IMG/VR virus record: IMGVR_UViG_2934051868_000003
Coordinates: 1-64,000 of that record
Direction: 5' to 3' (one strand)
Origin: a virus
Taxonomy: Duplodnaviria > Caudoviricetes
DNA length: 64,000 bases
In this document: positions 17,761 to 27,136 of the stretch, one piece after another
Layout of the letters: each line of letters starts with the position of its first letter
How positions within the stretch are numbered: the stretch's first letter is position 1
The notes under the pieces: model-generated
What the model saw: only the letters and a program-made list of their open reading frames with translations
What the model was told of the DNA's origin: nothing
Database searches by the model: none
Translations under genes and position numbers: made by a program

Positions 17761-18972
17761 CATCGCTGCCAGCAGATTCCGGGCCGCGTTGTGGTCCCGG
17801 TCGTGCACAGCACCGCACGGGCACGCCCACGACCGATCCGACAAGGTCAGCCCGGCGTTGATCACCCCGCAGTCCCCGCACGTCTTCGAGCTGGGGAACC
17901 AGCGGCCAGCGGCCCACACCTTGCTGCCGTACCAGTCGGCCTTGTAGGTGAGCTGGCGGACGAACTCGCCGAACCCGGCATCCGACACCGCACGCGCCAG
18001 ACGACGGTTACGAACCATCCCGGACACGTTCAAGCTCTCGACCGCGATAGCGCGCTTGGATCTCGCGAGCCTCGTCGTGAGCTGGTGCAGGAAATCCTGC
18101 CTGCGGTGGGCGACTTTGAGGTGCACCTCGGCAACCTTCTGCCGTGCCTTAGCCCGATTCTTCGAGCCGAGCCGGGTGCGGGCCAGTGCCTTGTTCGCCC
18201 GCCGGAGACGACGCTGAGCGGCCTTCAATGCCCGGGGCGCTTGGACTTCCTCGACGGCGCCGGTGTCGTCGGCGATGACCGCGAACGTCTTCAGCCCGAG
18301 GTCGATCCCGCACGTCGGCGCGTCCGGGTCGACAGTACGGCGTTCGTTGACGTCGGTGCGGTCGATGTCGAGTTGGAACGTCACCCACCAGCGTCCGGCC
18401 CTCTCCCGGACGGTGCAGCCGATGATCCTGGCTCGGCCGTCGCCCAGGCGGTCGGTCAGCCAGTCGAGCGGTTCCCGGGTGGTCACCTTGCCGGGAACGC
18501 CGGGCAGGCTGACCGTGGTGCCGCTGGACGGTTTGGCGCGGTCGGCGTCGTAGCGGAACCGCGAGCCGTGCTTGCGCCTGCGCATGGTCGGGAACTTGAG
18601 TTTCGGGCCTTTGCGTTTCCCGGTCTTGGAGTCCCACCAGTTCTTCAGACCGGCTGCCCGCAGGCGGCACGCTTCCTTCGGGATGCGCGAGGACAGGCCG
18701 GACTCGGCGAACCACGGCGCGACTACGGCGTGTTCGGCCCGCCAAAGTTTCTCCAGGTCGATCGCCGACCACGGGGCTTTCGTCTGCTGGGCTTGCGGGA
18801 TGCCGTAGGTCTGCTCGGCGGCGCGCTGGGCGAACGCGGCCCGGATCTTGTCGAGGGCGAAGTTTTCCACGAACCGCGACAGGCCCGCATGGCGGCCCAT
18901 CGCCGCAAGTTGCTCGGCAGTGGGCGCCAACTCGACGCGGAAGCCCTGCTTGAGGCGACCGGTCAAACTCAT
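17749..18972 (-). CDS. tnpB: RNA-guided endonuclease TnpB, IS607-like, no tnpA
   Basis: RuvC GIDLG / AVESL / DRDHNAA and Zn finger CGDC..CPC. Confidence 0.93.
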   Translation of the reverse strand: MSLTGRLKQGFRVELAPTAEQLAAMGRHAGLSRFVENFALDKIRAAFAQRAAEQTYGIPQAQQTKAPWSAIDLEKLWRAEHAVVAPWFAESGLSSRIPKEACRLRAAGLKNWWDSKTGKRKGPKLKFPTMRRRKHGSRFRYDADRAKPSSGTTVSLPGVPGKVTTREPLDWLTDRLGDGRARIIGCTVRERAGRWWVTFQLDIDRTDVNERRTVDPDAPTCGIDLGLKTFAVIADDTGAVEEVQAPRALKAAQRRLRRANKALARTRLGSKNRAKARQKVAEVHLKVAHRRQDFLHQLTTRLARSKRAIAVESLNVSGMVRNRRLARAVSDAGFGEFVRQLTYKADWYGSKVWAAGRWFPSSKTCGDCGVINAGLTLSDRSWACPCGAVHDRDHNAARNLLAAMHAA

Positions 18973-19082
18973 CGGCGTTCTCCCTTCGCGTCAGGCAGCA
19001 GCAGCAGATCCCGCCACCGCCACGCTAGTTCCAGGCACCCGGCGCCGGCCGGGGCGACACGCCCCGAATCAAGCAGCACCGC

Positions 19083-19847
19083 TCACAGCGGGATCTCGTA
19101 CTCCAAGCGCACCCCATCACCCGGATACACGATCTCCCGCGCCACCTCCACCACCCGGCCCGCGGCGAGCATCTGCCTCGTGATCGCCAACACCGGACCC
19201 GCCGACATGCGCAACACCTCCGCCTCCCGCGCCGTCGGCATGCGTGACTCGACCGTCTCCACCACCTTGTCCACCACCACCCCGAGCGACTTGAGGTGGC
19301 CGATTGCGCCGCCCGGCGCCGGCTCCGACCCCGGTCCGGCAACCCACGTCCCGTCCACCATGTCCGCCAGGTAGTACGACGTCGACATGTGCGTCGGCCA
19401 GCCGTTCACCCGGAACACCAAGTTGCGGCGCACCAGCGGCGTACCTTCGGGCACCTTGAACAGCTCGGCGACCTCCGCATCGGCGGCCTCGGTGGAGATA
19501 GCGACGTCGGGGTGGTGCTTGTCCCACGGGATGCCGTAATCGTGGGTGACCGACGTCTGCGGGCGCTCCGGGGTTGACGACGCGTCGGCCTGGTAGCGGC
19601 TCGACGCGATCCGCCGCACCGACGCCTCCGGCCGCACGAAGGAACCTTTACCGCGCACGGTGTAGATGCGCCGCTGATTGCGGAGCAGCTCCAAAGCTTG
19701 CCGGACGGTGCCGCGGGAGACGCTGAATTCAGCGCGTAGCTGCTCGTCGGTGGGCAGGGGGAAGCCGGGCCCGTACACGCCGTCGTCTATCCGCCGGTTG
19801 ATGGTGTCGGCGATTTCGACGTAGCGGGGGCGGTCCTCGGCTGGCAT
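19083..19847 (-). CDS. GntR/UTRA transcriptional repressor (KorSA/TraR-like)
   Basis: GntR wHTH (LPT...LRAEFSVSRGTVRQAL...GKGSFV) plus UTRA domain; divergent from transfer genes. Confidence 0.88.
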   Translation of the reverse strand: MPAEDRPRYVEIADTINRRIDDGVYGPGFPLPTDEQLRAEFSVSRGTVRQALELLRNQRRIYTVRGKGSFVRPEASVRRIASSRYQADASSTPERPQTSVTHDYGIPWDKHHPDVAISTEAADAEVAELFKVPEGTPLVRRNLVFRVNGWPTHMSTSYYLADMVDGTWVAGPGSEPAPGGAIGHLKSLGVVVDKVVETVESRMPTAREAEVLRMSAGPVLAITRQMLAAGRVVEVAREIVYPGDGVRLEYEIPL

Positions 19848-19889
19848 GGGGCTCACCCTAACTGCCGATCTTGGCTGCTTCGCATCGCC

Positions 19890-19965
19890 TGTAAGGACAA
19901 CACGCCCAGCGTGCATTGTCTAGTACGCGCAGTACTGTACAACTCACGTGACGTTGGCTATGGTC
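19890..19965. promoter_or_regulatory. Divergent kor/transfer promoter with GT-N5-AC operator-like sites
   Basis: GTCTAGTAC and GTACTGTAC at 19918-19940; TATGGT -10 six nt before GTG 19971. Confidence 0.55.
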
Positions 19966-19970
19966 GGTCA

Positions 19971-21644
19971 GTGACCACTCGACCGAACACCCTCATCCCG
20001 CCGCCGGAGCCGTTCACCACCGTGAACCCCACACCGGCCACCGGCGGCAACGGTGTGTGGGCGGAAACGGTCGACGCTTGGCTGAGCACCGTGCCCGGAT
20101 GGGCGTGGCTCGCCCTCGCCGGATCCCTGTTCGTGCTACTGATGATCACCCGCCACCGCCTCGACAAGGCGCAGCGCCTTACCCCCCGCAAGGCCGGCGC
20201 CAAGCTCGGCGGGTTGTTCGGTGCCGCCGTCACCTTCGCCGCCCTCCTGTGGGCGGGCGTGCTCGCCGGCTCCGCGAAGAACCTCGCCGGATGGGGCAGC
20301 GACACCCTCGGCTGGAACCAGGGCTGGGAATACTTGGTCCCCGTCACCCTCGACGGCGTGGCCATCGCCTTCGCGGTACTCACCTTCGCCGCCGTCCGCG
20401 CCAACAAGCCCGCCAACCGGGCATTCCGAGTCGTCGCCGCAGCAACCGCAGTGTCCGCGCTGATCGGCTTCTCGCACGAGTACGACGGCAGCATCAAGTC
20501 GACGTTCGCGGCCCTGTATCTGGCGTTCCTGGCGCTCGGTGCGATGGCGATCCTCCACGAACTCTTGGATCTGTTCCGCTCCCACACCTCCACCCGGGTC
20601 GCCCGCGTGTCGCCGGTTTTCGGGCTGCGGTGGATCACCTACCTGCCCAACACCGTCTGCGCGTGGCTGGCCTGGCAGAACCACCCGCCCCGGCCGCTGC
20701 CGCCCAACCCGTCGGCCGAGCAGGTCGCCTGGTTCGGGTCCGTGCGCCACGCCGTCGCCCACCTGGACACGGTTCGCCGCGCCAAGCGGGTAGCCCGCTA
20801 CCGGGTGGACCGGATCGCCGGTGGGCAGCCCGCCGCGGGGTGGGCGCGGATCCTGCCGTGGCTGCGGGCGCGGGAACTTTCCGCCGCCCTGGCCGCCCGC
20901 CGCGAGCACAGCGCAGCCGAGCTGGACCGGCAGCGGCAGGAAGTCGACCGGCAGATCGCCGCCGCCGATGCGCGCGCCACTGAAGCCCACACCGCAGCCG
21001 ACCTTGCACGGCAGCAGGCCGCAGCCGACATTGCCGCCGCCACGCAGACCGCCGTCGTCCACGCTGCCCGCGTCGCCGAACTCGACGCCGCCCTCACCGC
21101 AGCCCGCGAGGAGATCGGCCGGCTGCGCGGCGAGCAGCACACTGCCCGCTCCGAAGCCGACCGGGCTGCCGCCGACGCTGCCCACGCCCGGCAGCAGTTG
21201 GCCGACGCGCAGGCTGCCCACCGCGACGAGATGACTGCCGCCGTGGAACGGCTCACCCGCGAGCGCGACAGCGCTGTGGGCAGACTGCTCACCCCGCCTG
21301 CCCACAGCGACCGGGCAGCCCGCTCTACCCACGGGCAGACAGCCCCCCGCCCGTCCAATACGGCACCGCGGGCAGCCGGCGGGCAGGACAGGTCACCGAC
21401 CAGCCCACCCTGGAACGAGCAGCAGCAGGAAGCGTTCCGGCTCCGCGACGGCGACCCGAAGGCGTGGACGTGGCCCGCTCTCGCCGCCCACTTCGGTGTC
21501 GGCGTCAACACGGTCCGCCGCTGGTTCGACAACCGCAAGAAGCACCAGGTCGAGACGGTGACGCCAGCCGTGCCGACCACTCCGATCCCTGAGCCGAAGC
21601 AGCCGGCGACCGCCGGTCTCAACGGCATCCACGTCAACCACTGA
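19971..21644 (+). CDS. DUF2637/Spd-like membrane protein with coiled coil and C-terminal HTH
   Basis: TM helices with VPVTLDG motif, Ala/Gln coiled coil, WTWPALAAHFGVGVNTVRRW HTH. Confidence 0.8.
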   Translation: MTTRPNTLIPPPEPFTTVNPTPATGGNGVWAETVDAWLSTVPGWAWLALAGSLFVLLMITRHRLDKAQRLTPRKAGAKLGGLFGAAVTFAALLWAGVLAGSAKNLAGWGSDTLGWNQGWEYLVPVTLDGVAIAFAVLTFAAVRANKPANRAFRVVAAATAVSALIGFSHEYDGSIKSTFAALYLAFLALGAMAILHELLDLFRSHTSTRVARVSPVFGLRWITYLPNTVCAWLAWQNHPPRPLPPNPSAEQVAWFGSVRHAVAHLDTVRRAKRVARYRVDRIAGGQPAAGWARILPWLRARELSAALAARREHSAAELDRQRQEVDRQIAAADARATEAHTAADLARQQAAADIAAATQTAVVHAARVAELDAALTAAREEIGRLRGEQHTARSEADRAAADAAHARQQLADAQAAHRDEMTAAVERLTRERDSAVGRLLTPPAHSDRAARSTHGQTAPRPSNTAPRAAGGQDRSPTSPPWNEQQQEAFRLRDGDPKAWTWPALAAHFGVGVNTVRRWFDNRKKHQVETVTPAVPTTPIPEPKQPATAGLNGIHVNH

Positions 21645-21661
21645 TCCAAGGAGGCAAACCC

Positions 21662-21775
21662 ATGTCCAACACCGTCAAGCCCACGCTTCGGCAGCGCATC
21701 GCCGCTGCGAGCTGGGAAACCATCCTGATCACGGCAATCCTCGCCGGGGCCGTCGCGGGGAGTCTGGCCCGATGA
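21662..21775 (+). CDS. 37-aa single-TM protein (Spd-like)
   Basis: AAGGAGG RBS; ATGA coupling to next ORF; read by hand. Confidence 0.65.
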   Translation: MSNTVKPTLRQRIAAASWETILITAILAGAVAGSLAR

Positions 21776-21981
21776 GCCTGGGACTACTCGGCGCGCTGCT
21801 GCTGGTGTACGTGGCCTGGCGGACGTGGAGAACCGCCTTCACCTGGTACGACGCGGTCATCACCGTCCTGCTGGGGGTGGTTATCGCCGAGGCCGGCGAC
21901 GGGTTCCTGCACGACGCCTTCACGACCGGCGCGGACTGGACCACGAAGATTTTCGAGTTCATCGCGAAGCTGTTCAACTGA
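21772..21981 (+). CDS. small two-TM protein (Spd-like)
   Basis: Hydrophobic; in transfer operon. Confidence 0.7.
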   Translation: MSLGLLGALLLVYVAWRTWRTAFTWYDAVITVLLGVVIAEAGDGFLHDAFTTGADWTTKIFEFIAKLFN

Positions 21982-21995
21982 GGGAGGCCGTCACT

Positions 21996-23828
21996 GTGCG
22001 TATCGTCAAGTCCTTGACGCGTCAAGCCCTTGACCGTGCCGGAAACGGCGCTGAGGGCGACGTGGAGAGCCGGGAAGTGCCTTCATCCTCGGCCGTCAAC
22101 CCCTTGACGGGTCAAGGGGTTGACGGTGCACAGAGCGTGACAGTGCCGACTGTCGTGTCACCGACCGATTCCACGTCGCCGGCCGCACCTGCGGCGGGAA
22201 AGCCGAACAGCGGCGACCCGAAGATCCGCGTCAAGCAGGTGCATCCCGTCGTCGCGAAGGCGATGAAGCACGCGCTGAGCCCGCCGGTTCTCACCACCGC
22301 CGCGCTGGTGTTCGTCGGGCTGATCGTGCTGGCGTGGATCACCGTCGGATGGGTGGGCGTGATCGCGTTCCTCGCAGCCGTCGCCCTGTCAGTGTTCGGC
22401 GGGGCGCTGGCGTGGAAGCGGGCAGGCATCCGGAAGGCTGCCCCCCGCAAGCAGGCCGACCGGCGTGGGCAGGCTCCTCGGGGCTCACTCGTCGCTGCCC
22501 TGGCTGCCCTCGCTGCCCGGCGCGCTGCCCGTCGAGAGCGACGCAATGGTGGCGGTGGGCAGCCCAACGGTGGCGGTGGGCAGCCCAACGGTGACGGTGG
22601 AGACAGCTCGACGGGCAGTCGCCGCAGCCTGCTCGACCGCATGCGGCAGCGGTTCGGGAAAGACCGCAAGACCGGTGGGCGGGCTGCCCCCAACGGTGCC
22701 GGGGGCGGGGGTGGGCAGCCGTCCGATGGGGGCAAGCCGCTGCGGGCGGGTGGGCTGCGTAGCAAGCTCGCGCAGATGTTCCGGAAGCCCCGCGGCGGCG
22801 GCGAGGGCAGACATCCGGGTGCGGCTCACAGCCACAGCCCTGGTGGTGGCAGGCCCGCCGGTGGGGACAAGGCGCGCGCAGGCTTCCGGCTGCCGGGCTT
22901 CCTGCGCCGCAAGGGCCCCGGCGGTGGCGGAGGTGACGGCGCTCCCGCCGACGGGGGGCACAAGCCGACTCGGCGAGGATCCCGTGGCGGCGCGAGCCGC
23001 AACCGCGACGCGAACAACAACGCCAGAGGTACTAACCGCAGCGGTGACAGCAAGAAGAAGGCGGGATTCTGGCGTCGCATGGGCCGCGACTTGTGGAACG
23101 GCGCCCGGAGCGAGGCGGACTCGGCTGCCCGCGCAGGTGTACCGAAGAAGCCCGCCGAACAGGGTCGCCGGCAGAACCAGCAGGCCGGCAAGCATCAGGC
23201 CGGTGAGCGGCTAGCTGGGCGGCCAGCCGCGACGGGGCTGCCCAGCCGTGCCGGTGGAGCGCCGTGCAGCAAGTGCGGGAAGACCGCCGACGAGGGCTGC
23301 CCCCACTGGGAGGAGGCATACGTCCGGCTCCAGAAGGTCGTGCAGCAGAAGCTCAACGAGACCAACGGCAACACCAGGAACGCCCCGACGAGCGGGGTGC
23401 AGCAAGGAAGGAACACCACCATGGGCATCCGCCACAACGACGACGCAAGCCTGTTCGCCTACCTGCGGAACCTCACCGCGATCAGCCCCGTCATCGGCGA
23501 AACCGCCACCAAGGTCGGCGGCGCGCAGTCGCAGGTCGCCGCGCTCGCCGAGGGCATCAAGAAGATGGCCGTCCACGGCGACAGCGACCAGCCGGCCAGC
23601 AAGAAGATCGTCGCCTCCGTCGAGGCGCTTGGGCAGAAGATCAGCGGCTACGCGCAGGAGATGGAAGACATCATCGGCAAGATCCGGCAGGCCGAGGCTG
23701 AGGCGGAGGCGCTGAAGGCCGAGGCCGACCGGGAGCACGAGATGGACTGGGCTCGCCGTGAGGGCGGCCGGGGTGGTCTTCAGACGGAGATGCGCGCGGA
23801 CGTGTCCCGCGGCATCCAGGACACCTGA
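21996..23828 (+). CDS. Membrane-anchored Gly/Arg-rich protein with C-terminal helical domain (TraA-like position)
   Basis: GGGAGG RBS; two TMs; possible internal start at 23421; directly upstream of traB. Confidence 0.7.
   Translation: MRIVKSLTRQALDRAGNGAEGDVESREVPSSSAVNPLTGQGVDGAQSVTVPTVVSPTDSTSPAAPAAGKPNSGDPKIRVKQVHPVVAKAMKHALSPPVLTTAALVFVGLIVLAWITVGWVGVIAFLAAVALSVFGGALAWKRAGIRKAAPRKQADRRGQAPRGSLVAALAALAARRAARRERRNGGGGQPNGGGGQPNGDGGDSSTGSRRSLLDRMRQRFGKDRKTGGRAAPNGAGGGGGQPSDGGKPLRAGGLRSKLAQMFRKPRGGGEGRHPGAAHSHSPGGGRPAGGDKARAGFRLPGFLRRKGPGGGGGDGAPADGGHKPTRRGSRGGASRNRDANNNARGTNRSGDSKKKAGFWRRMGRDLWNGARSEADSAARAGVPKKPAEQGRRQNQQAGKHQAGERLAGRPAATGLPSRAGGAPCSKCGKTADEGCPHWEEAYVRLQKVVQQKLNETNGNTRNAPTSGVQQGRNTTMGIRHNDDASLFAYLRNLTAISPVIGETATKVGGAQSQVAALAEGIKKMAVHGDSDQPASKKIVASVEALGQKISGYAQEMEDIIGKIRQAEAEAEALKAEADREHEMDWARREGGRGGLQTEMRADVSRGIQDT
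22005..22124. repeat. Four GTCAA-N4-TTGAC palindromes in two tandem pairs
   Basis: Start at 22005, 22021, 22095, 22111. Confidence 0.85.
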
Positions 23829-23865
23829 TCAAAAAGTGACGTCTGATCTAGGAAGGAGAGGCGAC

Positions 23866-26070
23866 ATGAACAATAAGGAGCTGGTCCGCCGCGGCGGTGC
23901 GGCGTGGGTACCCGCCTGGGTGATCGCAGTGGTGATCGCGGCGGCCCTGCTCCACAAGGGCGCCGCCGACGGGGCGGTGAAGTGGGCGCCGGCTATCGCT
24001 GTCGGTGCTGGGCTGTTGGCCGCGTTCCTCGCGGTGCTCGTGTCAGCGGTCACCGAGCGGCGGAAGGCTGCCGCGCACCGGGCCGCCGCGGCGCTGCTGG
24101 CCGGGGTGTGGATGGCCTACGTGGCGCACGCCGGGTTCGGGGCGACCGCCGGGCTGCTGTTCGCCCTCGGCGGCGGCGTGCTGATCGTGCTGGAATTCCT
24201 CCTCGCCCCCGCAGAGTGGGCGGCTGTCGTGCAGCGGCAGCAGCCCGCCGAAACGGTAGACGACGGCGACTACCGGCCCGCCCGGGTGAAGCAGTGGGAG
24301 GCGGTGCTGCGGGCAACGTTCAAGCAGCCCGTCGTCGTTCACCGGGTGGGCCCGTGGAACAACCCCGACGACGGCGTGCAGATCACCGTGGAGCTGGCCG
24401 GTGACCTCACCATCGACTCGGTGGTCAACGCCTGCCCGACGATCGCCACGAAGGCGAAGCTCAAGCCGAACTGCGTCGTCCGGGTCGTCGGCCCGGGCGA
24501 GCACCAGGGCATCGTCGTGCTCGACGCGATGCTCCGCGACTGCCTCGCCGAGTACCGGGAGGCCGTGGAGGATGTCACGCCGTCGTCGGTGTACGAGGCG
24601 ATCCCGCTGTCCCGCACGCCGCGAGGCGACGACGTTGAGGTGACGTTGCGGGAGAAGTCGATGCTGCTCGGTGGCATGCCGGGCGCGGGTAAGACCACGT
24701 TCCTGCACCGGCTGATCATGCGGATGGCTCGCTGGGTGGACGCCCTGATCTGGGTGATCGACCTCAACGGCGGCGGTCTTGCGTGGCCGTGGGTGGAGGC
24801 ATGGGCGCGCGGCGACGCCGAGAAGCCAACCGTCGACTGGGTAGCCCCCGACGAGATGTCCGCCGCCGTCATGGTTGCTGTCGCGCAGGCCATCGCCAAG
24901 GACCGGAAGATCAACCCGGAGGCGCGGAAGCGCCGCAAGGCCAAGAACACCACCGTGCTGCCCGTCGACAAGGATCTACCGCTGATCGTGCTCGTCACCG
25001 ACGAAGGCGCCGAAGTCGCGCAGGCCGTCGGCATAATCGGCCTGCTCGTCAAGGAAGGCATCACCCGCACCGCGCAGATCGCCCGCGCCGAAGGCATCCG
25101 CGTCATCATGTCGATCCTGCGCGGCACCGCTGACACCGTAGACCGCAGCCTGAAGACGGCCGTCGCCGTCATGTGCTGCATGCGGATGATCCTGCGGGAG
25201 GAGTACGGGCACGTCCTCGGCGCCGACCCGAAGCACAAGGGCGCCATGCCCAACGGGTACATGTTCGTCAACCGGCCCGAGCAAGACCCGGCGCCGATCC
25301 TGACGAAGACCGACGACGTCACGCTCGCCGCGATCGACGCCCACTCGATCGCCACCGCGCACCTGCGCCCAGACCTGGACGAGCGGGCGCAGAAGGTGGC
25401 CTCCAGGATCACTGTCGCAGACGTGTTGGACGGCCGGGATCCGCGGGACTTCCCGGACATCGCCCGGCACCCGATCATGCAGGATGTGGAGGCGGGCCGC
25501 GCCTACTCGGGCCGCTGGGATCGTCTCGCGCACAAGCTCGCGGAGCTGCGCGGCGACGAGGTGCCCGAGTTTGAGAGCGAGCCGGAGCGGGTGACTGTCG
25601 CTTCCCGTCCGACTGTGGCGGACCCGGGCAGCCACTTGGAGAAGTTCCTGCTCGCCACCGGCGTCCGCACAGACCGGGAGCCGGCCACGCCTGCCGCCCC
25701 GCCGCAGTCTGAGCAGCGGCCGTCGTCCGAGGACGACGTGTTCGCCGCACTAACCGACCCAGCGCACCTTGAGGTCGACGCGCAGCCGCTCCCGCCGCGC
25801 ACGTCTGCGGCCCCGACGCCGGGCACGGACCTGGTGCCGCTGTCGAATCCGGCCGGCGAGCAGACCGCCTCGGCGCGGGAGTTGATCCTCGGCGTGCTGC
25901 GCCAGGCGGGCGCGGACTGGCTGACGGCGGCGGAGATTCGGCGCCGTATCGCCCGTGACACCCAGATGGACGTGACCCGGCAGCGCGCCGACCAGGTGTT
26001 GACCGCGCTGGTCAGTTCAGGTGAGGTGCAGCGGGCTGAGGACCGGCCTCTGTTCCGGCTCGCTCAGTAG
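23866..26070 (+). CDS. traB: FtsK/SpoIIIE-family conjugative DNA translocase
   Basis: N-terminal TMs, GGMPGAGKT Walker A, LVTDE Walker B, ARAEGI motif, C-terminal wHTH. Confidence 0.88.
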   Translation: MNNKELVRRGGAAWVPAWVIAVVIAAALLHKGAADGAVKWAPAIAVGAGLLAAFLAVLVSAVTERRKAAAHRAAAALLAGVWMAYVAHAGFGATAGLLFALGGGVLIVLEFLLAPAEWAAVVQRQQPAETVDDGDYRPARVKQWEAVLRATFKQPVVVHRVGPWNNPDDGVQITVELAGDLTIDSVVNACPTIATKAKLKPNCVVRVVGPGEHQGIVVLDAMLRDCLAEYREAVEDVTPSSVYEAIPLSRTPRGDDVEVTLREKSMLLGGMPGAGKTTFLHRLIMRMARWVDALIWVIDLNGGGLAWPWVEAWARGDAEKPTVDWVAPDEMSAAVMVAVAQAIAKDRKINPEARKRRKAKNTTVLPVDKDLPLIVLVTDEGAEVAQAVGIIGLLVKEGITRTAQIARAEGIRVIMSILRGTADTVDRSLKTAVAVMCCMRMILREEYGHVLGADPKHKGAMPNGYMFVNRPEQDPAPILTKTDDVTLAAIDAHSIATAHLRPDLDERAQKVASRITVADVLDGRDPRDFPDIARHPIMQDVEAGRAYSGRWDRLAHKLAELRGDEVPEFESEPERVTVASRPTVADPGSHLEKFLLATGVRTDREPATPAAPPQSEQRPSSEDDVFAALTDPAHLEVDAQPLPPRTSAAPTPGTDLVPLSNPAGEQTASARELILGVLRQAGADWLTAAEIRRRIARDTQMDVTRQRADQVLTALVSSGEVQRAEDRPLFRLAQ

Positions 26071-26324
26071 GCGGCGGTGGTCTTGAGGAATTCGGCGAGA
26101 GCGCTACCCGGCTCGGCCTCAACGGGGCGGGCCGGGGACGCCTCACGGCGAGGGGCAGGCACATTGCCGGCGCGCAGCGCGTTGACCCGGCGCCCTTCGG
26201 CCATGCCTTCCTCAACGGCGATGTCGATGTCCGCGTCGGTGATGCCCGCGGTGGTGACAGCCGAGATCACGGCGTCACGCACACGCCGGATTCGGGTCTC
26301 GCGCTCGGTCTCACCGCCAGTCAT
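26064..26324 (-). CDS. small protein convergent with traB
   Basis: ORF track; C-terminus resembles a TraB linker segment. Confidence 0.65.
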   Translation of the reverse strand: MTGGETERETRIRRVRDAVISAVTTAGITDADIDIAVEEGMAEGRRVNALRAGNVPAPRREASPARPVEAEPGSALAEFLKTTAAY

Positions 26325-26387
26325 ACCGTCATGGTCGCAGATAGGTGCGACTTTCCACCACATGCCGCTTCCGGTCGGGGTGTCAGC

Positions 26388-27125
26388 GTGCTAGGGCGCA
26401 CCCATGCGGTCAGTGCCGTGGCAGGCTGGCTTGGCGGCTGCGCGGTGCTCACGGCTGCCGGGTGGACGCCAGGCATGTACCCGGTTGTGGTGGGCGGTGT
26501 GGTTGCAGCCGGCGCCGCCCTGCTGCCCGACATCGACCATCCGGAGTCGACGATCTCCCGGACGCTCGGCCCTGTTACGGGGCTGCTTGCGGCGGCGGTG
26601 CACGCGGCGTCGCGGTGGGTGCGGTGGCGCACCTGCCGGCATTGCGCTGCCCGGCCGCCGCGGGGTGGCCATCGTGCGGCGACGCACACGGCGCTGTTCG
26701 CGCTGGCGGTCGGGGCGTTGCTTGCGCTGACCGGCTGGCTTGCGGGCTCGGCTGCCGGTCTTGCAGTGGTGTGGGCTACTGCGGGCCTGGCGGCGCGGGC
26801 GGTCCTGTCTCGGCGGCAGCGCGGGGCGTTGGGTGCGGCTGGCATAGCCACCGCTGCCGCTTGCGTGGCCGCTGGCGCGCCGGGCGGCTGGTGGTGGATC
26901 GGTCTGCCTGTGGCGTGGGGGATTCTGGCGCATTCGCTTGGTGATGCCGCGACGGTGTCAGGGGCTCCGCTTTTGTGGCCGTTGCGGGTGAGGGGATGCC
27001 GGTGGGCGGCAGTCGGTACGCCGCGGTGGGTGCGGTTTCGTACCGGTGCGGCGGGGGAGCGTGTGGTCTGGTGGCTGCTCGTACTGTCCGGGCTGGTGAC
27101 AGGCGGGTATCTTCTCGCCGCCTGA
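26388..27125 (+). CDS. YdjM-family membrane metal-dependent hydrolase
   Basis: GRTHA, LPDIDHP.S, HRAATHT, HSLGD motifs. Confidence 0.85.
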   Translation: MLGRTHAVSAVAGWLGGCAVLTAAGWTPGMYPVVVGGVVAAGAALLPDIDHPESTISRTLGPVTGLLAAAVHAASRWVRWRTCRHCAARPPRGGHRAATHTALFALAVGALLALTGWLAGSAAGLAVVWATAGLAARAVLSRRQRGALGAAGIATAAACVAAGAPGGWWWIGLPVAWGILAHSLGDAATVSGAPLLWPLRVRGCRWAAVGTPRWVRFRTGAAGERVVWWLLVLSGLVTGGYLLAA

Positions 27126-27136
27126 CCGGTTCCCGG

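Noticed and set aside
17233-19374. 713-aa plus-strand ORF
   Set aside because: Antisense to tnpB and the GntR gene, which carry clear motifs
22546-22592. 21-bp tandem repeat as a CRISPR or guide array
   Set aside because: Only two adjacent units, no spacers, in frame (NGGGGQP); counted within the hexamer array instead
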